Shown in pieces: positions 12,301 through 31,156 of a stretch of DNA of 42,212 bases. The DNA comes from Calcarisporiella thermophila CBS 279.70 (lineage: Eukaryota > Fungi > Calcarisporiellomycota). The stretch covers positions 144,574-186,785 of the forward strand of contig NW_027192225.1 of assembly GCF_041956535.1 (NCBI RefSeq), in the 5' to 3' direction. The position numbers and the translations under genes are program-made. The first letter of the stretch is position 1. Every line of letters begins with the position of its first letter. The notes under the pieces are model-generated. The model worked only from the letters and a program-made list of their open reading frames with translations. It was not told the origin of the DNA and did no database searches.

Positions 12301-14041
12301 TAGATCGGCCAGGATTTAACTGAGCTCCAGAAGAGCGTTGAGATGAAAGCGTGAGATTTTCACGCGGATTTATCGAGTTATTTTCGTTAGTTAGTAGTTG
12401 TGCTAATACTGAGGGTGAATTTCTAAGTCAGATATAAAGAAATACATAAATAATTAATAAAAGAAATTTAAAAATTGAGAATACATACGACCAGTATCCC
12501 AAGCGCAAAGTCATCGTCGATAGATCCATTTCTACGTGAAGCTGTTCAGCCCATCTTAGTCGTGCGAGCTTCATAGCCTTATCAAGGCAACAAGAAAAGT
12601 TGTAAAATATATTTCAGTAGCATGTTCCAAAAATATCTACCTGTAAGAATAATATCTCGAGTTGCATATTCAGGCAAAACATGTCTAGTATATACGAGGT
12701 TCAGTAAAATTATTTTGTGTTATAAAATAATTCTCAGTGAACTTACGCAAATAATCATATAATTTAACAAGAGGGAAATGTGGTGCTCCTTTATCAATAT
12801 TAGTGACCGCTTTTTGTTCTATACCCGTTCCAGGGACAGATAGTTGTTGTGTAGATGGAGGTATGAGTTGTTGTGATGCGAGTTGAGTCAAATGAAATAT
12901 CTGTTGATCACTCAGTATTGCATCTGGTATGACGGCGATTGATTAGGATTGTCAATCATATAGTAATTCTTTTGATTTACCTGTGTAGGCATCTCCAGAC
13001 GGTTTAACCAAAATATTCAGAGTGACAATATGCCATCGCAATTGTACCATTCCAGATTGAATAGGAACTAGAGTCAAAGCGACCTTTGACGAAGAGTAAA
13101 TAAACAACATAGAAGATATGTAAAGAGTATAATAAATACTTCAAACTCATTTTTAATGTGGAAAGTTGCTCTTCCATTCTCTATATTAGTTAAAGCAAAT
13201 CACATTAGACTCTATATTGATATTGTATTAAGCTTTGCTACTCACCAACTCGGTAACATCTCATAGGAAGTGGAACAGTTTCGTCGCAAAGCAAACGAAT
13301 ACGAATGGCATCGTCAAGTTTCAACAAGGCAGCTGAGACCTCTTCATCTGACATTGGTTTTGGTGGGACATAGGTCGCCTAGAGAGAAATAATATAGCAA
13401 AGATTTAAAATTATGATAAAAAAAGTCGGTTACAGCAAGAATACCTTAATGATTTCCGGCATATTCTGATATGTCCCAGTAGTCAGCACATCAACCGCAG
13501 TGGGTATATCATAATTAGGAATTCTGATATGAGTAGTGGAAATTAATGCAACAAGCATTAAATCAATATAAGTAGTTATAAAAATAAATATATTTACCTA
13601 GATTCTGCTAATTGATCGTAGCACCATTGTAGCGAAAATCGAGCCCCAATAAATTCATTTTCTTGTTGCCGTAGAAATCCGATGATATTCTACAGTTTAA
13701 GTAGCGTTAAGATATTCATTTGAGGACGAGATCTAAGAAGAAATCTTTACATTGCATAGTTTGACATTCTTCGCGTTAGATGCCCATTTCGTTAGAACTA
13801 ATAGCTTAATAAACTGCCGGCGCGTGTCCATTGTATATTCAAGGATCTGTCGTTTCCTTTCTGTATCCGACATGGAAGGGAGACTTTCGATCCAGTGCGA
13901 ATTAGATTTATAGATTTTACAGAAAATAATAAATTCAATTTTTGTAACTTACACATCAGTCAGATTTTGCAGATCGGCATACTTCCTCCGTACAAGTCGT
14001 TCGACAATCACGCGCAACGGTACTGTGTTTTCCGAGACCAT
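9303..14041 (-). CDS. MED14: Mediator of RNA polymerase II transcription subunit 14 (Rgr1), about 22 exons
   Basis: Hand-spliced: MVSENTVPLRVIVERLVRRKYADLQNLTDVLPSMSDTERKRQILEYTMDTRRQFIKLLVLTKWA ... IPNYDIPTAVDVLTTGTYQNMP ... NGRATFHIKNEFEVALTL ... LYDYLHMFCLNMQLEILFLQAMKLARLRW ... NPHHRI ... KHALDL. These are Med14 signature blocks, and the frame stays consistent across the introns checked. Confidence 0.92.
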
Positions 14042-14150
14042 TGTGGGCGAAATCCCGTTGTCCTCCAGACTTAATCGACGGGGGAAATTTTAGAGAACAC
14101 GATTAGTACAACTAACTTGAAGCTTTGTTAAATGAAAGGCGCAGTGATAC

Positions 14151-14160
14151 TGAAATTTTT
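14151..14160. promoter_or_regulatory. RRPE-like element TGAAATTTTT in the MED14/AFG2 divergent intergenic region
   Basis: Resembles the yeast rRNA-processing element (TGAAAWTTTT) and sits upstream of a ribosome-biogenesis gene. The AT-rich background makes a chance match plausible. Confidence 0.25.
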
Positions 14161-14356
14161 CTGAAATTACTTTGTTTCCATTAAGAATATTTTCTAAGAG
14201 TCCATAGTAACTCTGGACATAATTCTCGTTTTCGGTCTCTTCACAATCGAATGTAATGTGTTCCTAAGATATTAGGTAGAGTATAATTTACATTCGAGTA
14301 GTATATTTTAAATTTTTGCCTAATAAATTTTGCTTTTCGGTTTATGTTTCTTAGAA

Positions 14357-17437
<3,081 letters not shown>

Positions 17438-17674
17438 AATAAAAATAGATATTTTTTATTGATTCCCCCTTTGGAGGAATCCAAAAATATAAAATAAAAA
17501 AAAGGAAAGCGACAAATATATTAGAAAAAGTTTGACAATACAAGAAGCAAATAACACACAAAATAGTTGAAAACAAGGAAAAAAATTGCAATGTTTGTGA
17601 AAATTGTCCCGTTAGAAAAAAAAATCAATAATTAACGCTAGTGCTTGGTCTCAGCTTCGCTGCTAACAATCTCT

Positions 17675-20383
17675 TCACCATATCTTTCGTCTCATTCTTA
17701 CTGTCTCCGCTCCTGGTGGCGAAGTAGGTCGCTTGCTTTTAGTCAGTACACCTCCGCGGGTCATGCTTTTTACTTCCCTCTCGGCAGGCTTTTTGCGCCT
17801 TTTACGCTGTGGCCAAGGTAGCCCAAAAAGAATAAAGTGTCGCTCGCACCGTACACAGTACCGGCGTGAGCTAAGCCTCATATCCGAGTCGGGTTGACAT
17901 ACATATCCACAAGTGCGACACTTTCCCTCTGGTATAGGAGAGCTTTCGTTGCTATTCCACTCCGAGCCATGCTTCCGGTGTCGCCGTTTCAAAGAGATTT
18001 TATCGTTCTCTTCACCAGAAGATAAAAAGTCGGACTCTGTATCGAGCTCTGACAGTGTTACCGATCCATAAAATTTATCCACCCAAGCAAATTCATCATG
18101 CTCATCGCAGCTTGCCGCCGCTTGATCAGATTCAAAAGCTGAATTACATAGTGAGGAGAGACCAGTGGATGCGAAAAGATCGTCAAATACAAACGAAGAT
18201 AGAGGTATCGAGTCAGGGGTAGCAGGGAAGATTGTAGAAGTGCTAGCTAATGCTGCAGGAAGTGCTGATTCATTAGAATTTTCGGGATTGGTTGGGAGTT
18301 CTGTCACATTTTGTAAAGAGGCAGGGGAATTCAAAGTATTGCCGCTATTGTCGGAAAAATTGATAGGAACAGTATTGCCGGGTATATTCGTGAGCATGAT
18401 AATTTCTTTGCTGTTAAGGGCTTGCGATGACGAAAAGTGATCAGTTTCCGGCTTACTTAGACCATTAGCTTGAGACAGAGGTGTGTTATCAATGCCGCTG
18501 GAAAGTAAAGTGGAGCGTGTTTTTTCTGATGCGATGTGCGTAGAAATGCAGTGCTGATTTTCACAATTTTTGCGAGAATTCTCTGCCACGTCCAAAATAA
18601 TTGCATTGCCAATCTTCAGATTTTCTTCGGAAATTCTCGTCTGAGAAGCATGCAAGTTCTGCGAATGACCAGTCTCTTTCTCCTCTATTCTAATATTCAG
18701 TTGCATTTTTGACTTCTTCTCAGCTTCCATGTCACCTTGGTTAGTTTCAGGAAAGGTAACCGCCTCATCTACAGTTGATCTTGAATCGATTTTAGTATCC
18801 AAGCCTTCAACCCCCAGACCTGTGAGAGCACCATTAACCTGAGGGAATTCCTCATTTTCTAAGCGATTCTTATTTTCTCGCAGACGTTCCACTGCTGTAC
18901 TGAGCTTTTCTTCAGTTCCAAATGAAGCAGGCGAATCCACATATTCAAAGGTACCGCAAGAAATTTCTGCACTCGTAATCATATTCATAGGACTATTGGA
19001 CATAAATTTTGATTCTCTATCCTCTACCCTTTCTATATTGCCTGGTGACCCGTTTGCAAATGACAGTCGAGAATGTGCACTAGAAGTGTCCCCTAAACCT
19101 GGGGAAGGAATTGCACTTTCTTCAAGTGTGGTAAACTGTGGGCTTTTTTGCTTGTATCGACCTTTTTTGATAGGAAACATCACGTACCCATCTAAAAATA
19201 AGATGTGTAAAAAATTGAACCCATTTCGGTTACAGATAAATTATAATACCTGGGTTCCTCGGCTTTCGAGCACGACCACTTCTTCGTATTCTGCTGTCTG
19301 ACAAGTGTGTGGGCGAATTTTGGTTTTCAGGTACATCATCAGGCTCTTTACAAAAAGCGCCCTCTCCTCGGCTAGTTAAATTTGCAACATAAATTGATTG
19401 TATATAGGCCATAAAACCAAACTCGGTACTACCTCTCACAGGTGGCACACATACACTCACAATTACCGACACCAAAGTAGTTTGGCCCATAGTAGGTAGT
19501 AATCTCTTCGCCTACTTGAATATCACGCTTCACTTTGAATGAAATTGTGTTCTGTCCACATCCAATGAACTGAAATATTAAGAATTAATGAGCGAAATGA
19601 GATTCACGACAGTAAATGATATACTTACTTTACAATTTGAATCGCAATCATGCTAGTGTATAAAATAGTATATCCTTAAGTAATTGTAAGAGTATTTAGA
19701 ATGAGGTTCTTACATTTACAAATCTTGCAGGGCCTAACAATAAACACATGCTTCCCCTACGACTTGAGTACATAATACTGAAATCACGCCCATTATTTAA
19801 TGTTTGTAATTCTTCAGGAGTCAATGTTGCTATGACTCCTGTGCACAATCTGATTTCATCTCCAACATGCCACCTCCGAGTTGCGATGATACATGCCTCT
19901 GCTTTCGAAGAATATCGCAAAGTATGGGAAATTTCATACCCAGCATTTGGGAGATACCTAACAATGTTATACGAGCCATAATTACTTCGCTATATCACTA
20001 TATAAAAATAAATATTTTAATATTTGCCATACATGCACAAGTAACGTCTAATATGCTGGCTGAAATCTAGCACTTGCTTTTGAGATTTTCGACATAAGAA
20101 AGTGGTAATGTACTCGATACTACAATAAAAGCATTGTTAATAACCAGAATTTCGATGCACAGAAAATAAATATGAAATTCTACTTTAATAGCTCTTCTAC
20201 AGCAGGTGTTAGTTTCCCTTCTCGGATCACATGTCGCCGAATAATATCCACAATTTGGTCAGACCGAACCCTCGCTTTACGATAGTCTGGATGAAGCTTT
20301 CGACAATTGAACCATAAGTGACAGGACTCGAGTAATAAATCAGTTAATAGATCATCGTATTTAGAGGCCGTTGCGAGGTTCAT
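17675..20383 (-). CDS. SET9: Histone H4K20 methyltransferase Set9/KMT5
   Basis: MNLATASKYDDLLTDLLLE ... YLPNAGYEISHTLRYS ... RDFSIMYSSRRGSMCLLLGPARFVN|HDCDSNCK|F...[26 protein letters not shown] (SET and post-SET), a long low-complexity region, and a C-terminal CxxC...CVRCERHFILFGLPWP motif. Confidence 0.93.
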
Positions 20384-20590
20384 TTTCAAATTCACTCGCG
20401 ATGGAAAAAATAAAGGAAAAATAATAAAAACTAATAAACCAACAATATAGAATTATGACAGAAGCTAGAATTTATCCAAGGATCGATTAAAGATGTATCT
20501 AATTTCAATATATGGTCATCTTTCCTTAAATGTGATAAGAGTGAGATGACATAGAGATAATATATTAAGTCTATCTCAAATCTTTAAGAA

Positions 20591-20613
20591 AACGCGAAAT
20601 TTAGTTTCGCGTT
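20591..20613. promoter_or_regulatory. Inverted pair of CGCGAAA (SBF/E2F-type) sites upstream of SET9
   Basis: Perfect 9-bp inverted repeat AACGCGAAA-tttag-TTTCGCGTT about 210 bp upstream of the SET9 ATG, with TGACGTCA at 20638-20645. Confidence 0.45.
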
Positions 20614-20798
20614 ATTGCGCCTTTCAATTGATACATGTGACGTCAGGAATTATTTAAATTAAAATATTAGGCTTCAAAATAAAAAAAGGAGATATGTCAA
20701 TATGATTTGGATATGTTGTGGCGAAAAAAAAAGAATAGAGGATAAAGACTGTATATTATGAATTTCTATACGACTTGGGATAGCACGTTTATTTACAG

Positions 20799-21963
20799 TC
20801 ATTTTACATTTTTCTTGCGCAAATCCTCCTCTAACTCTCGCTGAATAATTTCTGTAATTTCTGCAGTTTTGGCCGCGGCAATAGTAAGGCATCTTTGGAT
20901 TTGATCAGCAAGTAATGGTATACCTCCTGCTTTAGATAGTGCGCATATCTCGTTATGGCCATTGATAGTAATGGTCATATCCCCCTCGAGCACTTGTTCT
21001 TCGAGTAGCAATGGATCAACTACAAGAAGTGAACTAGGAGTGATAAATAGGTTATTAAAGATATTTTTCAAGATCGAGGAAAGCATATTATAATTATTAT
21101 ACCCATTGTCGAAAAATGCGAAAGTAATACTAACAGGAGTATGATGCACACCTAGAGGGACTGGATTGCGCTCATCTACCGGGTGCTATTAGAAGGAGGT
21201 AGTTCGTCAGGGAAAAAGAAAGTTGCTTAACCTATATAAAAACCCATACAATAATAACTTCTTCTCCAGAGACTGTTACATCGGGCCTTCGGAAATGTAG
21301 TAACCCGGTTATTGCCGCAATACATGCACAATCAACAAGATTCCCTTCATGATCCAAAAAGTGGAGATCAACACGGACTGACCATACCTTAATGCAAATA
21401 TTAGTATATAGACTTCTATACATTCGAATTGCTTTCTTACCTTTTCTCCTGCAACAATACATAACCCTTCCGTATCGATAGCGCGGCTCCTTCGCAGTGA
21501 TTTTTCAATAATTCTGCTGATGTAAACTTCCTCTTCCGATGATCTATAATTAAAAGAAGTTATATATAGGTACAAGATTCTATTGAGGAACATAGTTTAC
21601 CTTCCACTTTCAAACACTGGAGAGGCCATTGGTGATATTTCGGTATTGATGACCAGGAATCCCTCAGTTGGTCTATCTGGGTAGGGGCGTACAACTTCGC
21701 AGCTGACTTTTGCCATAACTCTTTAAATACACAACAGTTGCATTAATATTCATAGACAGTAAAATATAAACTTATAGTATTATAGTAAAGCATTTTTACC
21801 TTGTTCTCCCCAATTGTACATCTACTTGCCCGAACTCATCCCTAAATTTCAACTTCAGTGAGCGCATGTCATTAGGTCGCCTTCCATCTACGCGCAATCC
21901 TTGGCGCAGGGCTTCTAAAAGAAATTCCTTTTCGTTGATGGACGGTTCGGTTTCTTTCACCAT
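20799..21963 (-). CDS. RRP45: Exosome core subunit Rrp45 (RNase PH family)
   Basis: MVKETEPSINEKEFLLEALRQGLRVDGR...VQLGRTRV...PYPDRPTEG...RSRAIDTEGLCIVAGEKVWSVRVDLHFLDHEGNLVDCACIAAITGLLHFRRPDVTV...VDPLLLEEQV...NGHNEICALSKAGG. Confidence 0.95.
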
Positions 21964-22384
21964 TTTGTGTCGAAATCGAGGTAGAGTAATATTAAGTAAC
22001 AATACTCCATATAATAGTCACTGATTGTTTTTCTTGATATTTTTTTAGCAGTCACAATAGACATCCAAATTATTGTCGATTAAAGTTCTCTTCCTTTTAT
22101 CTCTAAAGAGTCTATCGCCACACACTGCTGAGGGCTTCTCTGGTGTGTCCCTATTGTAAACGCATTTATCAAGTACTTCAGTGTTTTTAGGTATTCCAGT
22201 ACTTTTAGTTGAGCTCCAAATAAGGATCATAGTTTAGGATTCTCTTACGAGCAAGGTTATCAATGTTAATTACGCTAATGAAATGAAGCAAACATGCGTT
22301 TTATACTCATATTATTCATTTGGACAATGATTCGTGACAATAAAAATAAGAAACAATTTAAATATATAAGGCAGTAATCGAATA

Positions 22385-24921
<2,537 letters not shown>

Positions 24922-25097
24922 TTAAGCACTAGTACTAAGAATAATGTGAAAAGAGAGCAATAGGACCAGGATCTTGGCAATAAAGTCTATCAACACCATA
25001 GCAAAAAGCAAGTCAAATACATTTGTAAACAGAGAATACAAGCCACTCAGATTAATTTATATCCCAAAATGTCGAAGTGAAAGTCATGAGAGATATC

Positions 25098-27584
25098 ATG
25101 AAACGAAAAGTACCTGCTAACAACGACGAGAGTAAATATTTCTTACGCCTGTGTCTTTATAAGTTCCATAACGACCTCTAATATCTCTCATTATCTATTA
25201 GGCAATTCAATAAGCGCTCCAGTAACAACATCTCATGCTTCGTTACTCTCTCAAAAGATGCCAATGAGCGCTGTGGCCGCTCGTAAATTACTAGCTTCGA
25301 GTTCAGAATCGAAGATGGAAGAAGATAAAGTTGAAGATGTTAACAGTCCTATGTCCGATTTCGAGCCAATGGAAGATGAAGAAGAGATTGAAGAGATTGA
25401 AGAGATTGAAGAGATTGAGGAGGATAGAATAATTGAGGAGGAAGGGTTGCCCAAAAAATCCCCCAGGCGAGGAGCAGATAGGAGGTAGCTTAATTATCGT
25501 GTTAAATTTATCAATGTTATACAAATTTATTTATATTTATTCATTTCTTTTCATTTAGTATATATATCGATCCTACATGCATATCTAATTTTACACCCAG
25601 TGCGGACAATGTGGTTTCAGCACAGGAACTATGTCTAGTCGGCCTCCACAGACACGAAACGATCTGTTTCCAGGGTAGTGCACTTATTTCCCCGCTCAAG
25701 GGTACAATTTCGCTATATGGATATACTTGGACTGGTCCACTACTTTCAACTGAAAATAACCTTCACCCTACTCATTCCCTGCCTCTCTTTCCCGTGTACT
25801 CGCCTAAAACGCACGCCCTCGCCGTCATTGAGCAGGGAACGGACAAATGCGCATCAAAATTCCCGGGAAAACACCCAGTGACAAACGGCATGAGAGACAC
25901 CATCAATGCACTGGCAAGCCAATTGAATATAGAGCAGTTTGAGACTGTAGTAGTGATATGTGCATTGGGATCAGGTGTAGAAGACGTTGAACGAATTGCA
26001 CCTGTGTTCAAAGGGATATTTACAAGGCTATCTAAGAAGCAGCATAAGAATGAAGTGCGATGGGTGCCTGGCTTCCACCCGGTAATTTGAACTATATTGA
26101 TGCTTACAGTGTATAGCGCTGACGCTCTTTGCACCAGATTTTTGAGCCAACACCAGGTGTAACTCTATTACGGATCCCAAACTCTTGGACATCCGCGGCT
26201 GAAAAACTTACAGAGCAATTTCTTTGCAGTGACTCCGTCCCACAATCACCTCCGGTGTTGGCGGTGTGTGGAAGTAAAAACGTGGGAAAATCAACCTTCA
26301 CTCGCTACCTTACCAATAGATTACTAGGGATGTGCAAACGGGTGGCCTATTTAGAGTGTGATATTGGGCAATCTGAATTCACGCCCTCTGGGCTGGTCTC
26401 CTTGCATATAGTTGAGTCTCCGCTCTTAGGTAAATAGACTCCATTCTAGATCTACGATGTGACTAAGTATCCATCCTGATCGTTATCCTTCCCGATTATT
26501 GATAGGCCCGCCATTTACTCACCAACGTGTCGCTCACCGGTCAATCTTCATTGGAGCAACGACTCCTCGTGATAACCCTGACTATTACTTGGCAAGCCTT
26601 CGCGAATTACTCTATACGTATCGCAACCTGAGAGATAAATTTGAAGAGACAGACGAACCGCTACCACTTGTCATTAACACACATGGTTGGGTGAAAGGCC
26701 TAGGCTACGACTTAGTAAGCCACATAATCTATCAAGCAGGCCCCTCTCATGTATTTCAGTTTTATTCGATGTCCCAGCCATCACGCAACTTCCCTGCCGA
26801 TTTCCTAGCTGGTATAGAGAGAAAACAGGTTGATGGGTTAGGTATTCAACGAGTTTTTGTGGAATGCATAGAGCCCTCTCCCATTTCAGCCAAATACCAA
26901 GCTTCTGACCAGCGTACGTTAGCGTTGCTTGCCTACCTCCATAAGGCGGAATTGGGATGGGACTTCAGGAGGACACTTATCTCCCGGGTACCACTCTGTT
27001 TAAAATGGACGGGCCTGCAGGGTGTGTGGATTTTATTCGAGCAAGTGGCTTGGAGTCAAATGCTATGGGCACTAAATGGGAGTGTGGTAGGATTGGTTGG
27101 ACACACTCAAGAATCTGAGGAGGATGAAGAGCGCGCTATCGAGAATAACCAGGATATCATAGAACTAGAGGATGGGGACATGTATGGCGGAGAAGTCGAT
27201 ATATCCTGGAGCGATGAAGGCATCAATAAACTTGCCCAACACAGCGGAATCACCCCTCCACGATACCCAACTTCTAGTGCTCCGCCTCTACGCAGAATGA
27301 CCTGCTTCGGTCTTGCACTGGTGCGCTCGATTGACCCTTCACAGAACGCGTTCCTCCTGTTGACTCCAATCCCTCTGACAATGGTTCGCCGAACGATTGC
27401 GATGGTAAAAGGAAGTATAGAGTTTCCTGTTTGGGGGATGATCGACGCAACCAAGTCCGAGAAAGGAGTTGCAGGCGTTCCTTGGAAAAAGGTGCCTTAT
27501 ATGAGCTTTGAATCCGTGGTCACAGCGGGGGGTGCAGCACGCAAAGTGCGAAGAAATGTGATGCGGAGAGGGCATTCAACATAA
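25098..27584 (+). CDS. GRC3: Polynucleotide 5'-hydroxyl kinase Grc3/NOL9
   Basis: The first exon MKRKVPANNDE (alternative in-frame ATG at 25086) splices into ...QKMPMSAVAARK. P-loop VCGSKNVGKSTFTRYLTNRLL, YLECDIGQSEFTPSGLVSL, LLGPPFTH, PLVINTHGWVKGLG, WALNGSVVGL, CFGLALVRSIDP, and C-terminal PY...RRNVMR. Confidence 0.93.
25381..25416 (+). repeat. Coding minisatellite (GAAGAGATT)x4 encoding EEI repeats in the GRC3 N-terminus
   Basis: Four perfect 9-bp units read directly from the sequence. Confidence 0.95.
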
Positions 27585-28710
27585 TGCAAATGCTTGTATA
27601 TACTATAAATTATTTTATTTAAAGAAACTTGTTGACCACGGAATTTATGTCAAATATCCTGGACCATAAAAATAGATCAAGAGAAAGTACTCGGCTCCAT
27701 CGCTTTTCCTTTTCAAGCATCTCTGATTACATGAGAGATGAAGCCAATTTGTGGGCATGCTATAAGTGGCCTAGATTAAGAAATCTAGCATATCGGAAGC
27801 ACCGATATATCTCGGGAAGAAACCGGTATTAAAAATAGATGTTTGTCGTCGAGACACTTGACCATGGACTACAAATCGTAGATGGCGGTGCAAGACAAGT
27901 TGTTTTATTATCCCCCTCTAACCATTGTGATGAGTATACTAAGCTACCTCTTCATGAACCTTAGTCGTTTAAACAAAGATAGCGCATGACAACCTAACCT
28001 TCAATATAGTTAAATCCTTCCTCGGAAATTACCTCGCGATCAGGATACAGAGCTGCTTTCCAATTTCTGAACTTAAGTTGGGTCGAAAAAGATTACGAAA
28101 CAAGGTCATCTGTCCTCGGGAATATTTTTTGTACTATAATCGGCCAATATGAGCACCGCTAGTGAATATTCAACGGCCACGGGGTGCTTCAATAACATTA
28201 TTGAATTCTAATCTTTTTGTATCTGAAAAAAACACCTCTAACGCACAAGTTTCTATATTGGTTACACTACATTTGAAAATTCCTTCCACATGGTACTGCA
28301 GAGTTGCGGTAATAGGCGATGGTGTGGGTCATCAATATAAATCATCTATTCGTGCTCTCTCTACTTAAAGTATGACAATAGAATCAAACATTGCTATTGC
28401 ATCCTGACCAAACCGCCTTGGTTTTGGAGGGACTGAACTGGATTTATGCTTTGATCAATCAATTTCTGCAGCCCAATTAAATTTATCGGTTGGGGTTCCG
28501 AGAATAGATAGATTAAGGGATTTTTTGATAATATTACCTTGTACTCTCTCTGGGGGACTCATTCTTCTCACTTTGGCTCTCTAATAATTTTATAAAAGCC
28601 CTGCCCTTCCACTCGTTAGATTTGCTCTAATACTGGTGATGATTAGTTTCAATCCTGCGCATTGGTTCCCTTTGATTCCAATTCTAATTAATTGAAATAT
28701 ACCTAGCCTT

Positions 28711-31156
28711 ATGAAGACAACTGAAGAAAAATGTGAGAGGGTGGAGGAATCCTACAGTAATGAATGCATATCATCTGGTAAAGACAAAGAAAAAAACGGT
28801 ACTATTGATTACGGGCATGTTAACGAAAAGGACGATACATCGGAGAAAGAATCCATAAAGGAATTCGTTGAAGTGTGGCAGGTAATGAATCTCTACTCCT
28901 GACCCATCCATAACTGCTGTAGTTAAAATAACGAAACGATTGTATTGTTACTGTAAGTTCACCTGGCGTGCTTCAATAGTGGGGAGCTTGTTGGGATGTA
29001 TAATAGCATGCTCAAATATGTATATGGGATTGAAGATCGGATGGACATTTGGGGCGCATCTCTTTGGCGCGATATTTGGATTTGCTGTTCTTAAACCACT
29101 ATCCCGAATTCTTCCTGCATCTCTTGGAGGCGGACGATTTGGTCCCCGTGAAAATTGTACAGTTCAAACCGCTGCAACTGCTGCTGGAGGGCTTGGTGCT
29201 GGTTTCGTCAGCGCGATCCCGGCAATGTACAAACTGGGATTGCTCACTGACTTGAAAAGAGACATGGGCGCGCTTACTCTCTGGACAATATCGGCGGCGT
29301 TCTACTGGCTATTTTTTGCGGTTCCACTGCGCAAGCATTTTGTCATCAACCAAGACCTAGTTTTTCCCACACCACGTGCTACGGCCAACACTATCCAGTC
29401 TTTGCACGCGTCCACGACTGGCGAAAAAGAGGCGATGAAGAAGGCTTACTGGCTTGGGATCTGGTTCATCGTGACATTTCTGTGGACACTCATTGCCTTT
29501 TGGATTCCCGGCCTTTTTGAGGATACGCACATTCTCTATTGGATTGGATATGCCCTTGGAAACGAGAATGTGATGGTGGCTGATGCGTTGTGGAAATGGT
29601 ATGGCCTACCCGCTGGTATTCATAGTGGCTTTCTAACGGAATAGCTATCTCTCGATGGTGTAGGCATTTTAAATGGGAGTTTGCGTTTTTTGGAGCGGGT
29701 CTCATGACACCTGGAGCGACAGTATGGTCGTTCTTTGTCGGGCAAGTCATTGCCTATGGTATCACGGGACCTCTTATGCTACAAAACGGAATAATAACCC
29801 AGCCGTACGGGTTTACCGAAAATCCGACTGCACAGTCATGGTGGCTATGGCCAGGCATCGCCCTCATGGTGTTCAGTTCCTTCTCTGAAATTTTTATCCA
29901 TTATAAGTCGCTGTGGTCTGCCGTGAAGCTCGGGGGTAGGGAGCTAGCGGCTAATTTCAACAGGCTTATGGGTCGCTCTACGGCGAATTATGTGAAAGAT
30001 ATTGACCCCAAGGACCCAATCCCACCCCATGAGCAAGTGCCTTTACTTTGGTGGAGTGTAAGTGTTTGGTTGCATTTTCAAATTCTCGCGTCAAATACAA
30101 ACGTCTCTTTTTAGGGGGGTTTAGTTGTATCCATCATATTTACTTGCGCGATCATGGGGGTTATGTTTGGAATGGCGGTGCATCTTACATTGCTCGCCAT
30201 CATACTTTCGTTTTTACTCTCGTTTATTGGCCTTCAGTCGTCAGGAGACACAGGCATCAACCCGGTGGGATCGATCGGAAAGGTGACACAGCTCATCTTC
30301 GCGGCTATCCCGAATCCTGTGATACAAAATCAACAAATGATTAATTTAATGGCCGGCAATATTGCAGGCAGTGCTGCATCTCAGTCGGTGGAAATGGTGG
30401 GTGACCTCAAAACCGGCCAGCTGTTGAAAGCTTCCCCTAGATCTCAGTTCTTCGCTCAGATAATTGGGTCATTTTTTGCCATTTTAATGGCCATTAGCCT
30501 GTTCTACTTGTACGCCAGCGGTAAATCCATCTGGCACACTGAGCCACATAGAAATACGTGCTGACTTTTCTTTTGGACTTCTCATAGCCTATCCGTGCAT
30601 CACTGCTCCAATGGGCGTCACCGAAATAAAATGCGAGTTCGAACTATTTGCTGCCAAGGTCTGGGCCTCCGTCACCAAATTACTCACCCAGGGAGCAACC
30701 ATTCCAAAGAGTAGTTTCATTACGGCAATAGTGTTTTCTGGGTTTGCCGTGATGTACACGCTAATCAAAGGGTTTCTTGTACCTGAGAAGTTTAGGAAAT
30801 ACATGCCCAATCTCAATGCCATGGGAATAGGACTCATTCAAAAAGGTTCGTGTATTTTTGTGATTGGTGTTCCATTCTACCCAAGATATCCTGCGGATGC
30901 TAACCGTTTAAAATGACGTATCTGTCCAGGTCCTGAAGTACCTATTGCGATGGTCATTGGATGGATAATAACCAAAGTTTGGCACCGAGTTAACCCCATT
31001 GCATGGGACAAGTATATGTATTCGGTGGCAGCTGGCACTCTTGCAGGAGTGGGGATCTCTTCGGTATTCAAGGCCTTTTTTCAGCTTGGTGGTATCAAAG
31101 GATCGACTGTGACCTTTGGATGCCTTTTAAATAAGAGCGGTGTTCCTGAGTGCTAA
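28711..31156 (+). CDS. OPT superfamily transporter (YSL-like clade)
   Basis: QFTWRASIVGSLLGCIIACSNMYMGLKIGWTFG, FGPRENCTVQTAATA, FAVPLRKHFVINQDLVFPTPRATA, GDTGINPVGSIGKVTQL, DLKTGQLLKASPRSQFFAQIIG, VAAGTLAGVGI; 5 introns. Confidence 0.92.

Noticed and set aside
13382-13444. MED14 intron starting GTATTCTT as a possible U12 (minor) intron
   Set aside because: Mismatch to GTATCCTT and no TCCTTAAC-like branch site. I saw no AT-AC or convincing U12 intron among the junctions examined.
22030-22300. Hairpin (ACACAC...GTGTGT) and 61-aa ORF between PRP43 and RRP45 as a snoRNA or small gene
   Set aside because: No well-placed C/D or H/ACA boxes, and the ORF has no recognisable features. Probably UTR or promoter.
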